Source: Gemmatimonadota bacterium (GTDB lineage: Bacteria; Gemmatimonadota; Gemmatimonadetes; Gemmatimonadales; GWC2-71-9). Taken from it: a stretch of 35,540 nucleotides of DNA. The position numbers and the translations under genes were made by a program. Every line of letters begins with the position of its first letter. The stretch's first letter is position 1. Location: contig QHTZ01000077.1 of the NCBI GenBank assembly GCA_003221005.1, positions 1 through 35,540 of the forward strand, written 5' to 3'. The notes below the pieces were generated by a model, which saw only the letters and a list, made by a program, of their open reading frames with translations, did no database searches and had not been told where the DNA came from. Shown one piece after another: positions 25,343-34,771 of this stretch.

Positions 25343-27558
25343 AGGCAGCCGCCACAGTCCTGCTCCTCCTGGCGGGTGCTTCGCTCGCGGTCGCCCAGGA
25401 TGACCGGCAGGTCGCGCAGCGCGCGGAGTCGCTCCGGCAGGCAGGCCGCCCGTGGCACGCGGCGGAGCTGCTGCTTTCGGCAGCGGCGCGCTCCTCCCGC
25501 CCCAATGCGAGCTTCATCGTGCAAGGAGCCGAGGCCGAGCTCGCGGCCCGGCGCTACGACCGCGTGCGGAGCCTCCTGGTTGGCCAGCCGTGGCTCGAAG
25601 ACTACGGCGACGGGGAAGCGCTCGCCGCGCTGGGGGAGGCCGAACTCCGGCTGGGGGCGTACGCGCTGGCGGCGAGCCACTTCGCGGCCGCCCGGGCGCG
25701 GGCCCGGGGCGCGCGCGCGGCGTTGCTGGCCGTCCGCACCGGGCTTGCCTGGGAGCTGCTCGGCGCGCGCGACTCGGCCGCGCACGCGTACGCTGCGGCC
25801 CGGACCGAGGGGCTCGCCTCTATCGATGCCTGGCTGCGGCTGCGCCAGGCCCGGGTCACCGACGACACTGCCCGCGCGTTCCGGCTACTCGCTGATCTCC
25901 CGCCCCCCGCCGCCCGCGAGGTGCCCGCGGCCCGGGCGCAGGCGTTGCTCGCCGCGGGGGACACGGTCCCAGCCATCACGGCGTTCGCCGAGGCGGGTCG
26001 CTCCCTCGACGTAGCGCGCCTGGCCCTCGCCGTCGGTGATTCGGCGCGGGCGCGCGACGCGTTGTTCGGACTGCTCGCGCGGGCTCCGGAGAGCGATGAG
26101 GCCGCAGCCGGCGTGGGTGTGGCGCTCGCAGCCCTCCCGCCCCGGACCCCGCCCGAGCGCGTCGCGCTCGCGCGGGCAATGAAACCGCACGGCGCCGCGG
26201 TGGACGCCACGACGCAGGTCGAGCGAGCAGTGCAGGCGGGGGATTCGAGCGGCCCGACCCTCGCGCTCCTGGGCGAGCTCTGGACCGGGGCGGGGCGCTA
26301 CCGCGACGCCGAGCGCGCTTACCGGGCTGCGGCGAAGGATCCGGCCCTCGCGCCCCTCGCCGTCTACCGCCGGGCGCGCATCCTGCTCCGGCTCGGCGAT
26401 GCCGGGGCGACCGAGGCGCTGTCGGCGTTCGCCCAGACGTTTCCGGCCGACACGGCTGCGCCCTCCGCCCTCTATCTCCTCGGGGATCAGCTGGGCGACC
26501 GGGGGGACTGGCAGGGTGCGGGCCGCTGGTTCGGAGAGCTCATCGCCCGCTACCCGGTGGATCCGCGCGCGTCGCAAGCTCGCTTCCGCCTCGCCGCCGA
26601 GGCGACGCTGCGCGGCCTGACGGATAGCGCCGCGGCGCTATATCAGTCGGAGGTGCTCGCTGCGGGACCGCAGCGGCTCGGGGCGCGTTTCTGGCTGGGC
26701 AAGCTGGCGCTGGTCCGGGGCGACGCGGCGGGCGCCCGCGCCCTGTGGACGAGCCTCGCGCGGGAAGACTCGATAGGCTACTACGGGCTGCGCGCCCGCC
26801 GCGCGGCGGGGCTGCCGCTCCCCCGCATCGCCGGGCCGGTGGAGTCGCCCGTGCCGGCCGCGGTCGCCGCAGGTCTCGCTCGCCTCGACACGCTGGTGCT
26901 CGCCGGGCTCGACTCCGAGGCTGAGGCGGAGGTGAGAACCGCGCTGACGCGCCCGGCCGCGGAGCTCGAGGGGTTGCTGGCGTGGAGCGAAGGGCTCGCG
27001 GCGCGCGGCTGGGGACCGGCCGCTGTGCGTCTCGCGTGGCAGGCGGCGCTGCGCTCACCCAACGACGCACGCGTGCTGCGCGCGATCTTCCCCTGGCCCA
27101 ACCGTGCGGCGGTCGAAGCGGAGGCCGCCGAATTCGGCGTGGACCCGCTGCTCCTCGTCGCGCTCGTGCGGCAGGAAAGCGTGTTCGATCCCGAAGCCCT
27201 TTCGCCGGCGGGGGCGCGCGGCCTGGCACAGCTGCTGCCCGGCACTGCGGCCTTTACCGCGCGTGGGCTCGACGTCACGTTCGATCCGGCGTGGATCACC
27301 GTTCCCGACTTGAATCTCCACCTCGGCGCCGCTCACCTCGCGGAGCTGCTCCGACGCTTCGGCGGGCGGGTGGAAGCCGCGGTCGCGGCGTACAACGCGG
27401 GAGGGCCGTCGGTGCTGCGCTGGGTTGCGCGCGCGGCGGGCGAGGACCCCGATGCCTTCATCGAGCTGATCCCGTATCAGGAGACCCGGGGCTACACACG
27501 CTCCGTGCTGCGCAACCGCGACCTCTACCGCTCCCTGTACACCCGTCCAAGCGATTGA
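25339..27558 (+). CDS. Soluble lytic transglycosylase (Slt70-like, TPR plus SLT domain)
   Basis: Signal peptide, helical repeats, RQES, GARGLAQL, AAYNAG and ETRGY motifs; GTGA overlap with the GWxTD gene. Confidence 0.92.
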   Translation: MKAAATVLLLLAGASLAVAQDDRQVAQRAESLRQAGRPWHAAELLLSAAARSSRPNASFIVQGAEAELAARRYDRVRSLLVGQPWLEDYGDGEALAALGEAELRLGAYALAASHFAAARARARGARAALLAVRTGLAWELLGARDSAAHAYAAARTEGLASIDAWLRLRQARVTDDTARAFRLLADLPPPAAREVPAARAQALLAAGDTVPAITAFAEAGRSLDVARLALAVGDSARARDALFGLLARAPESDEAAAGVGVALAALPPRTPPERVALARAMKPHGAAVDATTQVERAVQAGDSSGPTLALLGELWTGAGRYRDAERAYRAAAKDPALAPLAVYRRARILLRLGDAGATEALSAFAQTFPADTAAPSALYLLGDQLGDRGDWQGAGRWFGELIARYPVDPRASQARFRLAAEATLRGLTDSAAALYQSEVLAAGPQRLGARFWLGKLALVRGDAAGARALWTSLAREDSIGYYGLRARRAAGLPLPRIAGPVESPVPAAVAAGLARLDTLVLAGLDSEAEAEVRTALTRPAAELEGLLAWSEGLAARGWGPAAVRLAWQAALRSPNDARVLRAIFPWPNRAAVEAEAAEFGVDPLLLVALVRQESVFDPEALSPAGARGLAQLLPGTAAFTARGLDVTFDPAWITVPDLNLHLGAAHLAELLRRFGGRVEAAVAAYNAGGPSVLRWVARAAGEDPDAFIELIPYQETRGYTRSVLRNRDLYRSLYTRPSD

Positions 27559-27602
27559 CGGCGCACAAGTTACCGCACCGCGTCGCAGTGCGTTCCGCTT
27601 CC

Positions 27603-27631
27603 TTGACAAGCCTTCCGACGCTTCGCAATCT
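27603..27631 (+). promoter_or_regulatory. Putative sigma70 promoter of the cold-shock gene
   Basis: TTGACA-N17-CAATCT. Confidence 0.55.
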
Positions 27632-27699
27632 ATCGCGCCCGGCTGAAGTGTCGGGCGGCGTAATGCGCCCTACGTGTGACTTTGCAGGAGGCTGATCGG

Positions 27700-27900
27700 A
27701 TGGCTAAGGGAAAGGTGAAATGGTTCAATGATGCCAAGGGGTACGGCTTCATTGAGCAGGAAGGTGGCGAGGATGTATTCGTACACTTCTCGGCGATCCA
27801 GATGGACGGGTTCAAGACGCTCGCCGAGGGGCAGACCGTGGAATTCGAAGTGAAGACTGGCGACAAGGGGCTGCACGCGGCGAACGTGGTCCGAGTGTAA
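27700..27900 (+). CDS. Cold-shock protein (CspA family)
   Basis: [18 protein letters not shown] and DVFVHFSAI (RNP1/RNP2) motifs; SD AGGAGG. Confidence 0.97.
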   Translation: MAKGKVKWFNDAKGYGFIEQEGGEDVFVHFSAIQMDGFKTLAEGQTVEFEVKTGDKGLHAANVVRV

Positions 27901-27924
27901 ACGCCATCCCGCGCCATTCGTTCT

Positions 27925-27960
27925 GCCCCGCTCGGATTCGTTCCGGGCGGGGCTGTCGTT
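27925..27960 (+). terminator. Putative intrinsic terminator after the csp gene
   Basis: Stem GCCCCGCTCGGA / TCCGGGCGGGGC followed by a weak T-tract (TGTCGTT). Confidence 0.6.
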
Positions 27961-27982
27961 AGGGGTCTATTATCTTCCGCCC

Positions 27983-30781
27983 ATGCCCGCCGCGCCGAGC
28001 CCCGCGCTGTTCCTGGTCGACGGCTACGCGCTCATCTACCGGGCCTTCTTCGCCATGATCTCGCGCCCTCTCACCACGAGCCGGGGCGAGAACACGTCGG
28101 CCGCTTGGGGCGTCACGAACTTCCTCATCCGCCTCCTCTCGCAACACCACCCGGACTATCTCGGGTGGGTGCACGACATGGGCGTATCGTTCCGCGAGCA
28201 GCGCTACGCCGAGTACAAGGCGACGCGCGCCAAGCTCAACGAGCAGCTGCAGCAGGACTTCGATCGCTCGGTGGAGCGGATCAAAGAGATTCTCGGGGCG
28301 TTCCGGGTGCCGGTGCTCGGCATGGACGGCTACGAGGCGGACGACGTCATCGGCACGCTGGCTGCAGCAGCGGCGGACCGCGGCCTCCAAGTCGTGATCG
28401 TTTCGGGAGACAAGGACTTTTATCAGCTGATCGGTCCCCGCGTGGCGCTCCTCAACCCGGGCCGTGGCGGGCCCGCCGCCGTCGAGGAGCAGTGGGTGGA
28501 CGAATCCAACGCGAGCGACCGGCTCGGCGTTCACTCGGACCGGGTCGTGGACTTCCTCGCGCTGGTGGGGGACAGCTCCGACAACGTCCCCGGGGTCAAA
28601 GGCGTGGGCGAGAAAACGGCCCTCGAGCTGCTGCAGCGCTTTGGCGACCTGGACGGGGTGCTCGCTCACGCGGCGGAGATCCCCGGAAAGCGCGCGCGAG
28701 AAGCCGTGTCGCAGTACGCGGACCTGGCGCGTCTGTCGCGGGATCTCGTGACCATCCGGCGTGACGTCCCCCTCGACCTCGACCTCGACGCGCTCCGGGT
28801 GCGTCCGCCGGACGCCGCGCGGCTGGCGGAGCTGTTCGGGGAGCTCGAGTTCCGGTCTCTAATCCCGAAGCTCGAACAGCTGGCGCTTCCGCGCGCCGAG
28901 CCTGCGCCGCGGGCGGCGCCCTCTCCTCGACCCGCGCCGCCCCTCCTGGCCGAAGGCCGCGTGGTGGACGACCCCGAGCTGCTCGCCGAACTGCTCGCCC
29001 GCTGCCGTGCGGCGCCGCTCGTGGCGCTCGACACAGAGACGACCTCGCTCGATCCCATGCGGGCGGCGCTCGTTGGGATGTCGCTCGCCATCGGGGGCGG
29101 GGGCTCGTGGTATCTCCCCTTCGCGCACGTGGCGCCGGACGGCGAGCTCGCGGGTGGCGTCGCTCCCCGCAACCTCCCGCCGCTCGGGAGCGAGGCACTG
29201 CGTCCGCTCCGGGCGCTGCTCGAAGATCCGCAAGTGCCCAAGGCCGGACACAACATCAATTTCGGCTGGCTCGTGCTGCGACGCGCGGGAGTGGAGCTCG
29301 GCGGCGTCACGTATGATTCGATGCTCGCGAGTTTCGTGCTCGATCCGGGACGCCGCTCTCACGCCCTGGGGGAGCTGGCGCGTGAACGGCTCGGGCTCAC
29401 ACTCCCAGCGTACGGTGAGCTGGTCGGGAAGGGGAAGTCGGAGCGCCCGTTCGCGGCGGTGTCCGTCCCGGACGCCGCCCGCTATTGCTGCGCCGACAGC
29501 GAGGCCGTGCTGCTCTTGAAGCAGGCGCTTCAGGCGGAGCTCGAGGACCACCAGTTGCTGCGGTTGCTCGACTCCATCGAGGTGCCGCTGGTCCGGGTGC
29601 TCGTCGGGATGGAGTGGCACGGCGTGCTGATTGATCGGGAGCGTCTCGCCGAGATCTCCCGCGCGTTCGGGAAGGAGCTGGTCGAGCTCGAGCGCGCGAT
29701 CTACCGGGCGGCGGGCACCGACTTCAACCTCAACTCTACGCCCCAGCTGCGGAGCGTTCTCTTCGAGAAGCTGCAGCTCCCGACCCTCAAGAAGACCAAG
29801 ACTGGTGCGTCCACGGACTACGAGGTCCTGGAGCAGCTCGCCGCGATGGGTCACGAGGTGCCGAAGCTACTCATCGAGTACCGCGAGCTGTCCAAGCTCA
29901 AGTCCACGTATGTGGACGCGCTCCCCGGGTATGTGAACCCGACGACCGGGCGCATCCATACGAGCTTCAACCAGACCGGGGCGGCCACGGGCCGGCTCTC
30001 GAGCTCCGATCCGAACCTGCAGAACATCCCCGTCCGGACGCCGCGCGGCGAGGCCATCCGACGGGCCTTCGTGGCGCCGCCGGGAGCCGTTCTGTTGACC
30101 GCTGACTACTCGCAGATCGAGCTGCGACTGCTCGCGCACTTATCGGGCGACCCTGCGTTCGTGGAAGCGTTCGCGCAGGGAGGAGACATCCACCGGCAGA
30201 CGGCGGCGATCATCTTCGGGGTGCCGCAAGACCAGGTAACCCCCGAGATGCGGGCGCGCGCCAAGACGATCAACTTCGCCACGATCTACGGTCAGGGCGC
30301 TTTCGCCCTGTCACGCCAGCTCGGCATTACCCTGGATGAGGCGAAGGAATTCATCCGGCAATACTTCGCGCGCTTCGCCGGGGTGCGGGCGTGGCTCGAT
30401 CGTACCGTGGCTGCTGCCCGCGAGAAAGGCTTCGTCGAAACCATCTTCGGCCGCCGCCGCTACATTCCTGAACTACGCGACCGCAACTTCAACGTGCGCG
30501 CGTTTGGCGAGCGCACCGCGACCAACTCGCCGCTGCAGGGCTCGGCCGCCGACCTCATCAAGATCGCGATGATTCGCATCGACCGGGCGCTCGCCGAGCA
30601 GCACCTGGGTGCCCGCATGGTCCTGCAAGTACATGACGAGCTGGTGTTTGAGGTCCCCGAGGCGGAGCAGACGAGCGCGAGCGAGCTTGTAAAACGCCAT
30701 ATGGAAACGGCTGCCGAGTTGCGCGTTCCTCTGGTCGTAAGTACAGGTGTTGGAAGGAATTGGGTCGATGCCAAGGGGTAA
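27983..30781 (+). CDS. polA: DNA polymerase I
   Basis: 5'-3' exonuclease (LVDG, EADD, SGDKD, GDSSDNVPGV), 3'-5' exonuclease domain (DTET), polymerase motifs DYSQIELR, KTINFATIYG and QVHDEL. Confidence 0.99.
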   Translation: MPAAPSPALFLVDGYALIYRAFFAMISRPLTTSRGENTSAAWGVTNFLIRLLSQHHPDYLGWVHDMGVSFREQRYAEYKATRAKLNEQLQQDFDRSVERIKEILGAFRVPVLGMDGYEADDVIGTLAAAAADRGLQVVIVSGDKDFYQLIGPRVALLNPGRGGPAAVEEQWVDESNASDRLGVHSDRVVDFLALVGDSSDNVPGVKGVGEKTALELLQRFGDLDGVLAHAAEIPGKRAREAVSQYADLARLSRDLVTIRRDVPLDLDLDALRVRPPDAARLAELFGELEFRSLIPKLEQLALPRAEPAPRAAPSPRPAPPLLAEGRVVDDPELLAELLARCRAAPLVALDTETTSLDPMRAALVGMSLAIGGGGSWYLPFAHVAPDGELAGGVAPRNLPPLGSEALRPLRALLEDPQVPKAGHNINFGWLVLRRAGVELGGVTYDSMLASFVLDPGRRSHALGELARERLGLTLPAYGELVGKGKSERPFAAVSVPDAARYCCADSEAVLLLKQALQAELEDHQLLRLLDSIEVPLVRVLVGMEWHGVLIDRERLAEISRAFGKELVELERAIYRAAGTDFNLNSTPQLRSVLFEKLQLPTLKKTKTGASTDYEVLEQLAAMGHEVPKLLIEYRELSKLKSTYVDALPGYVNPTTGRIHTSFNQTGAATGRLSSSDPNLQNIPVRTPRGEAIRRAFVAPPGAVLLTADYSQIELRLLAHLSGDPAFVEAFAQGGDIHRQTAAIIFGVPQDQVTPEMRARAKTINFATIYGQGAFALSRQLGITLDEAKEFIRQYFARFAGVRAWLDRTVAAAREKGFVETIFGRRRYIPELRDRNFNVRAFGERTATNSPLQGSAADLIKIAMIRIDRALAEQHLGARMVLQVHDELVFEVPEAEQTSASELVKRHMETAAELRVPLVVSTGVGRNWVDAKG

Positions 30782-30895
30782 GCACGGCTCTTGCAGGAAA
30801 GGGTCGGGGTGCCCAATAATTGGGCGTCGGACTGGGGGGGCCCGCCGTCGGGCTCGCCGTTCGGCGCCCTTTCGCGCCCGGGGGGGTACGCGGTG

Positions 30896-31273
30896 ATGTC
30901 ACGTCGTGGCTTCACCCTGATCGAGCTGCTCGTGGTGGTGGTGATCATCGGGATCCTGGCGGCCATCGCCATCCCGAAGTTCTCCAACACGCGCGAGAAG
31001 GCGTACGTCTCCGCCATGAAGACCGACTTGCGCAACCTGGCAACCGCGGAAGAAGCGTTTTTCTACGATTCCGCCAAGTACACGACCAACTTCGTGCTCA
31101 TGTCGAATTTCGCGCCGACCCCCGGGGACTCGGTCACCATCAACGAGGCCACCTCGCTCGGCTGGGCTGCGACGATCAGCAGCATCAATACGGGCCGACG
31201 GTGTTACGTGTTCTCTGGGACCGCTACGCGACCAGGAACCGCTACGATTGAGGGCAATATTTCCTGCACGTAG
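30896..31273 (+). CDS. Type IV pilin / prepilin-type N-terminal cleavage-methylation protein
   Basis: MSRRG|FTLIELLVVVVIIGILAAIAIPKF; C-terminal Cys pair. Confidence 0.93.
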   Translation: MSRRGFTLIELLVVVVIIGILAAIAIPKFSNTREKAYVSAMKTDLRNLATAEEAFFYDSAKYTTNFVLMSNFAPTPGDSVTINEATSLGWAATISSINTGRRCYVFSGTATRPGTATIEGNISCT

Positions 31274-31311
31274 GCCCCGCCTACCGAGAGTTCACGCGCC
31301 GCCGCGAGGGG

Positions 31312-31560
31312 ATGTGCTTCGCCCTCGACGGCGGCGTTTGGCTTCATCGGCATCGCATCGAAGGCGAACCGATGGCCCACCTCGTGAGCGCGGACCGGGC
31401 TCGTCTGCTCGCCCTCGGCCGCAACCTCGGGCTACATCCGCACTGGCTGCAGTACAAGCCGCTCAAAGACCCGCGGACGGGCGAGCGGGTGCCGGCGTGG
31501 CACTGGGACCTCTGGGGAATAAGGCTTCAGCGATTAGATGAGCAGGGGGCGGGTCCCTAG
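31312..31560 (+). CDS. Small hypothetical protein, DUF4031-like
   Basis: HLVS...LG...WLQ...HWDL pattern resembles DUF4031; SD GAGGG upstream; the frame is open further upstream. Confidence 0.65.
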   Translation: MCFALDGGVWLHRHRIEGEPMAHLVSADRARLLALGRNLGLHPHWLQYKPLKDPRTGERVPAWHWDLWGIRLQRLDEQGAGP

Positions 31561-33821
31561 TCGCTCGCTTCCTGTTCCGGTCTGGGTGCTCTGACGCCCG
31601 GCCACCAGTTCCACCGTCCCGCGATGTGCATGATGGCCGGGACCAGGACCATGCGGATCAGCGTCGCGTCGAGCAGCACCGCTGCCGCGAGGCCGAACCC
31701 GATCAGCTGCACCGCGAGCACCCGCGCAAACGCGAACGTCCCGAACACGAGGATCATGATGAGCGCGGCGCTCGTGATCGTGGAGGCGGTGGCCGACAAC
31801 CCCTCCATGGTCGCGTGGTCATTGCGCCCGGTCTTGTCGAAGACCTCCTTGACGCGCGTGAGGAGGAAAACCTCGTAGTCCATCGACAGCCCGAACACCG
31901 TGGCGAAGACGAGCACCGGCGCCACGCCCCAAATCGCTTCGGTGGGGCCTTCGAGCCCGAACAGCCGTCCCCCGTAGCCGTGCTGGAATACGAGGACTGT
32001 GAGCCCGAAGGCCGCACTCACCGAAAGGCAGTTCAGGAGCACGGCTTTGAGCGGGACCAGGAGCGAGCGGAAGGCGAAGAAGAGCATGATGGCGGTGATG
32101 CCGAGAATGAAGCCGACCGTGATCGGCAGACGGCGCAGCAGTTCGAGCTGCGAGTCGAGCGAGCCTGCCGCGAAGCCACCGACCAGCACCTCGGCGCCGG
32201 CGAGGCCGCGCGTGCCACGGCGGGCGATCGCGCGGGCCCGGCGCGCGATGTCCATCATCCCGGTCAGGGACACGGTGTCGCCCGGGATCACGTCGATCAG
32301 CGTGGTGCGGTTGTCGGCGCTGAGGTAGGCGTTGAAGAACTTGGGATTCTTGGCCCGCACGGCGGGCGCGTCGCTGTAGTAAATCGCGAGCTGCAGCGTC
32401 GACATGCCCCGCCGGATGCTCGCGACGCCCCGCACTTCCTTGACCCGGGGACTCCGCGCGAGGGAATCGGTCAGCACTTTGAGCCCGGCGAGCCGGCGCG
32501 CCGACAGCGCCGATTCCCCTTCGGGGAGCTGGATGACCAGGCGGATGGGATAGACCACGCCCGCCGCCCCCATCTCCTTGAGCTCGGCCAATCCCTGCCC
32601 CGATTCGGATTGCGGCGGGAACCAGTTGCGCGCGGGCAGCCCCAGGCGGATCTGGGTGAGGGGGAACGTAAGCAACGCCACGCCGATGCCGCCGGCCGCC
32701 ACGGCGCGCCACGGCCGATGGCCCAGCCACCGCGCCCAGCGCTCCCACCCGGTGGGCGCGTGGAAGCGCGCCAACGGCCGGGCGAGCCACTTGGGGCGGT
32801 CGATGTTGCGCCCCAGAATGGCGAGCATCGCGGGAAGAAAGGTCGTGGCGAGCAGGACGGCCACCGCCACCACGAGCAACCCTCCCGTCCCGACGGAGCG
32901 GGTGTCCGTCATCGGCGTGGTGAGGACGAGCGCGAGGAACCCGACGATGACCGTGACCCCGGAGGTCACGACCGCCGACCCGGCGGTCTCGATGGTGCGG
33001 ACCGCGGCGTCGACGGGCGTGAGGCCACGGTTCAGCTCCTCGCGGAACCGCGTCACGATGAGCAGGGAGTAGTCAATCCCGACTCCCAGGCCCACCATGG
33101 TGGTGATGTTGAGCACGAACACCGACATCGTCTGGTACCGCGCCGCGATCGTCACGAGGCCGAGCGCGATCGTGATGGCGAGCACGCCGACCGCGACGGG
33201 GAGCGTGGCCGCCACGAGGGCGCCGAACGCGACCACCAGGACGACGAGGGTGAGCGGTAGCGCCCGCTGCTCGGCCTGCTCCGTGTCTTCGGCGCTGATG
33301 GTGCGGACGTCGTAGTCGAGGGCCGGGTTCCCGGTCACCTTCACATCGAATCCGCCGGCCTGCGGCACCCGATGCAGCGCCGCGTCGAGGGTCTCGCGCA
33401 GATCGGGGACGAAGTCCTCCCCGCGAACGGCGGTGAGGGCGGCGATCAGGAACGTGGTGTGCCGGTCCTGGCTGACGAAGGTGGATTCTCCGATGCTCTT
33501 GAGCGAGACGATCTGGCTGATGTAGGGCCGGCGCTCGGCGGCCGCCTTGAGCGAGTCCAGCGCCGCCTCGAAGCGCGCATCGGTCCACCGGACCGGCCCG
33601 TGGACCACGATCGCGACGTATTCGGCGAATGGGCTGGGGAAGGCTTCCTGGAGGATGTCGGAGGCGCGGCTGGCTTCGGTGAGCTTGATGTTACTACCGC
33701 GCACGTCGAGGACGTGCTGTACCCGCGCCGCGCGCGGCGCGAACAGCACCGCCAGCGCCGCCCACGCCGCGATCACCCAGGCCCGCCAGCGAATCAGGGG
33801 TCTCGCGGGTAACGCGATCAC
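31557..33821 (-). CDS. MMPL/RND-family transporter
   Basis: Two MMPL repeats with GVGIDYSL and GLSMDYEVFL motifs and many TM segments. Confidence 0.94.
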   Translation of the reverse strand: MIALPARPLIRWRAWVIAAWAALAVLFAPRAARVQHVLDVRGSNIKLTEASRASDILQEAFPSPFAEYVAIVVHGPVRWTDARFEAALDSLKAAAERRPYISQIVSLKSIGESTFVSQDRHTTFLIAALTAVRGEDFVPDLRETLDAALHRVPQAGGFDVKVTGNPALDYDVRTISAEDTEQAEQRALPLTLVVLVVAFGALVAATLPVAVGVLAITIALGLVTIAARYQTMSVFVLNITTMVGLGVGIDYSLLIVTRFREELNRGLTPVDAAVRTIETAGSAVVTSGVTVIVGFLALVLTTPMTDTRSVGTGGLLVVAVAVLLATTFLPAMLAILGRNIDRPKWLARPLARFHAPTGWERWARWLGHRPWRAVAAGGIGVALLTFPLTQIRLGLPARNWFPPQSESGQGLAELKEMGAAGVVYPIRLVIQLPEGESALSARRLAGLKVLTDSLARSPRVKEVRGVASIRRGMSTLQLAIYYSDAPAVRAKNPKFFNAYLSADNRTTLIDVIPGDTVSLTGMMDIARRARAIARRGTRGLAGAEVLVGGFAAGSLDSQLELLRRLPITVGFILGITAIMLFFAFRSLLVPLKAVLLNCLSVSAAFGLTVLVFQHGYGGRLFGLEGPTEAIWGVAPVLVFATVFGLSMDYEVFLLTRVKEVFDKTGRNDHATMEGLSATASTITSAALIMILVFGTFAFARVLAVQLIGFGLAAAVLLDATLIRMVLVPAIMHIAGRWNWWPGVRAPRPEQEASD

Positions 33822-33911
33822 CTACTGTCCAAGCATAAGCAGGCCACAATCATAGAGACGGCATCGCGGCAAAGCTAGCGGCTCGACGCCGCGTTTCGGC
33901 ATATTGCGCGC

Positions 33912-34724
33912 ATGCCTGACCGGAGACTCTCGGCGATGATCGCGGGACTCGCCGTGTTCCTGATCTGCGCGATTCTGTGGGACGCGTTCTACACGCCGTC
34001 CACTCGCCCCCGCCCACTCCGTGGCGTCGTCACTGTCACCGACTCCGCGAAGCCCGACTCCGCCGCTCCCGCCCCCCACGCCGACTCGGTCGTGGCGGCG
34101 GCGCCGGCTCCGCCCGCGTCGCCTGGGCAGCAGTTGAGCTACATCGACCAGCTGGCGCGGGCGGAGATCCGTCGCCGGCTCCGGGCGAGTGCCGGCTACA
34201 ACTACCTGGGCGAGGTGGTCGCCGAGAGCGAGGACTCGGCCCTGCACCGCTGGGATGACCGCGTGAGCCGCCCGGTGCGTGTGTGGCTGCCGGCCGGGAC
34301 GGCCGCGAACTTTCAGCCCGCTTTTCTGGACGCCGTGCGCAGCGCGTTTCAGCGCTGGGAGGAGGCAGCCGTTCCCGTCCGGTTCGATGTGGACGCCGAC
34401 TCGGAGCACGCCGAGGTGCGGTTCCGCTGGAAGGTGCAATTCGACATCGATCGTACGGGCCAGACCGACCTCACCTGGGATCAGGAGGGGCGCCTCCTGT
34501 CCGGCGCCGTGACGATCGCGACCTTCGATCCCAAGGGGCGCCCCCTCTCTGCGGACGACGTCCGGGTCGTCGCCCTCCATGAGATCGGACACCTGATCGG
34601 GCTCGACCACTCGTCCGACTCGAACGACCTCATGTTCGCGAACACGAAGGTGCGCGACCTCTCACCCCGCGATATCCGCTCGGCGGCGATGCTGTATCGC
34701 CTGGCGCCCGGGTCGGTGCGGTGA
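33912..34724 (+). CDS. Matrixin-family (M10-like) metalloprotease, membrane-anchored
   Basis: HEIGHLIGLDH (HExxHxxGxxH) plus Met-turn DLM; N-terminal TM. Confidence 0.9.
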   Translation: MPDRRLSAMIAGLAVFLICAILWDAFYTPSTRPRPLRGVVTVTDSAKPDSAAPAPHADSVVAAAPAPPASPGQQLSYIDQLARAEIRRRLRASAGYNYLGEVVAESEDSALHRWDDRVSRPVRVWLPAGTAANFQPAFLDAVRSAFQRWEEAAVPVRFDVDADSEHAEVRFRWKVQFDIDRTGQTDLTWDQEGRLLSGAVTIATFDPKGRPLSADDVRVVALHEIGHLIGLDHSSDSNDLMFANTKVRDLSPRDIRSAAMLYRLAPGSVR

Positions 34725-34771
34725 CCCCCCTCCGGCGGGCGGTATATTAAGGAAGGACGGAGCCCACCGGC

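Noticed and set aside
30796-30895. Possible c-di-GMP riboswitch upstream of the pilin
   Set aside because: No GEMM-I or GEMM-II conserved segments were recognisable by eye.
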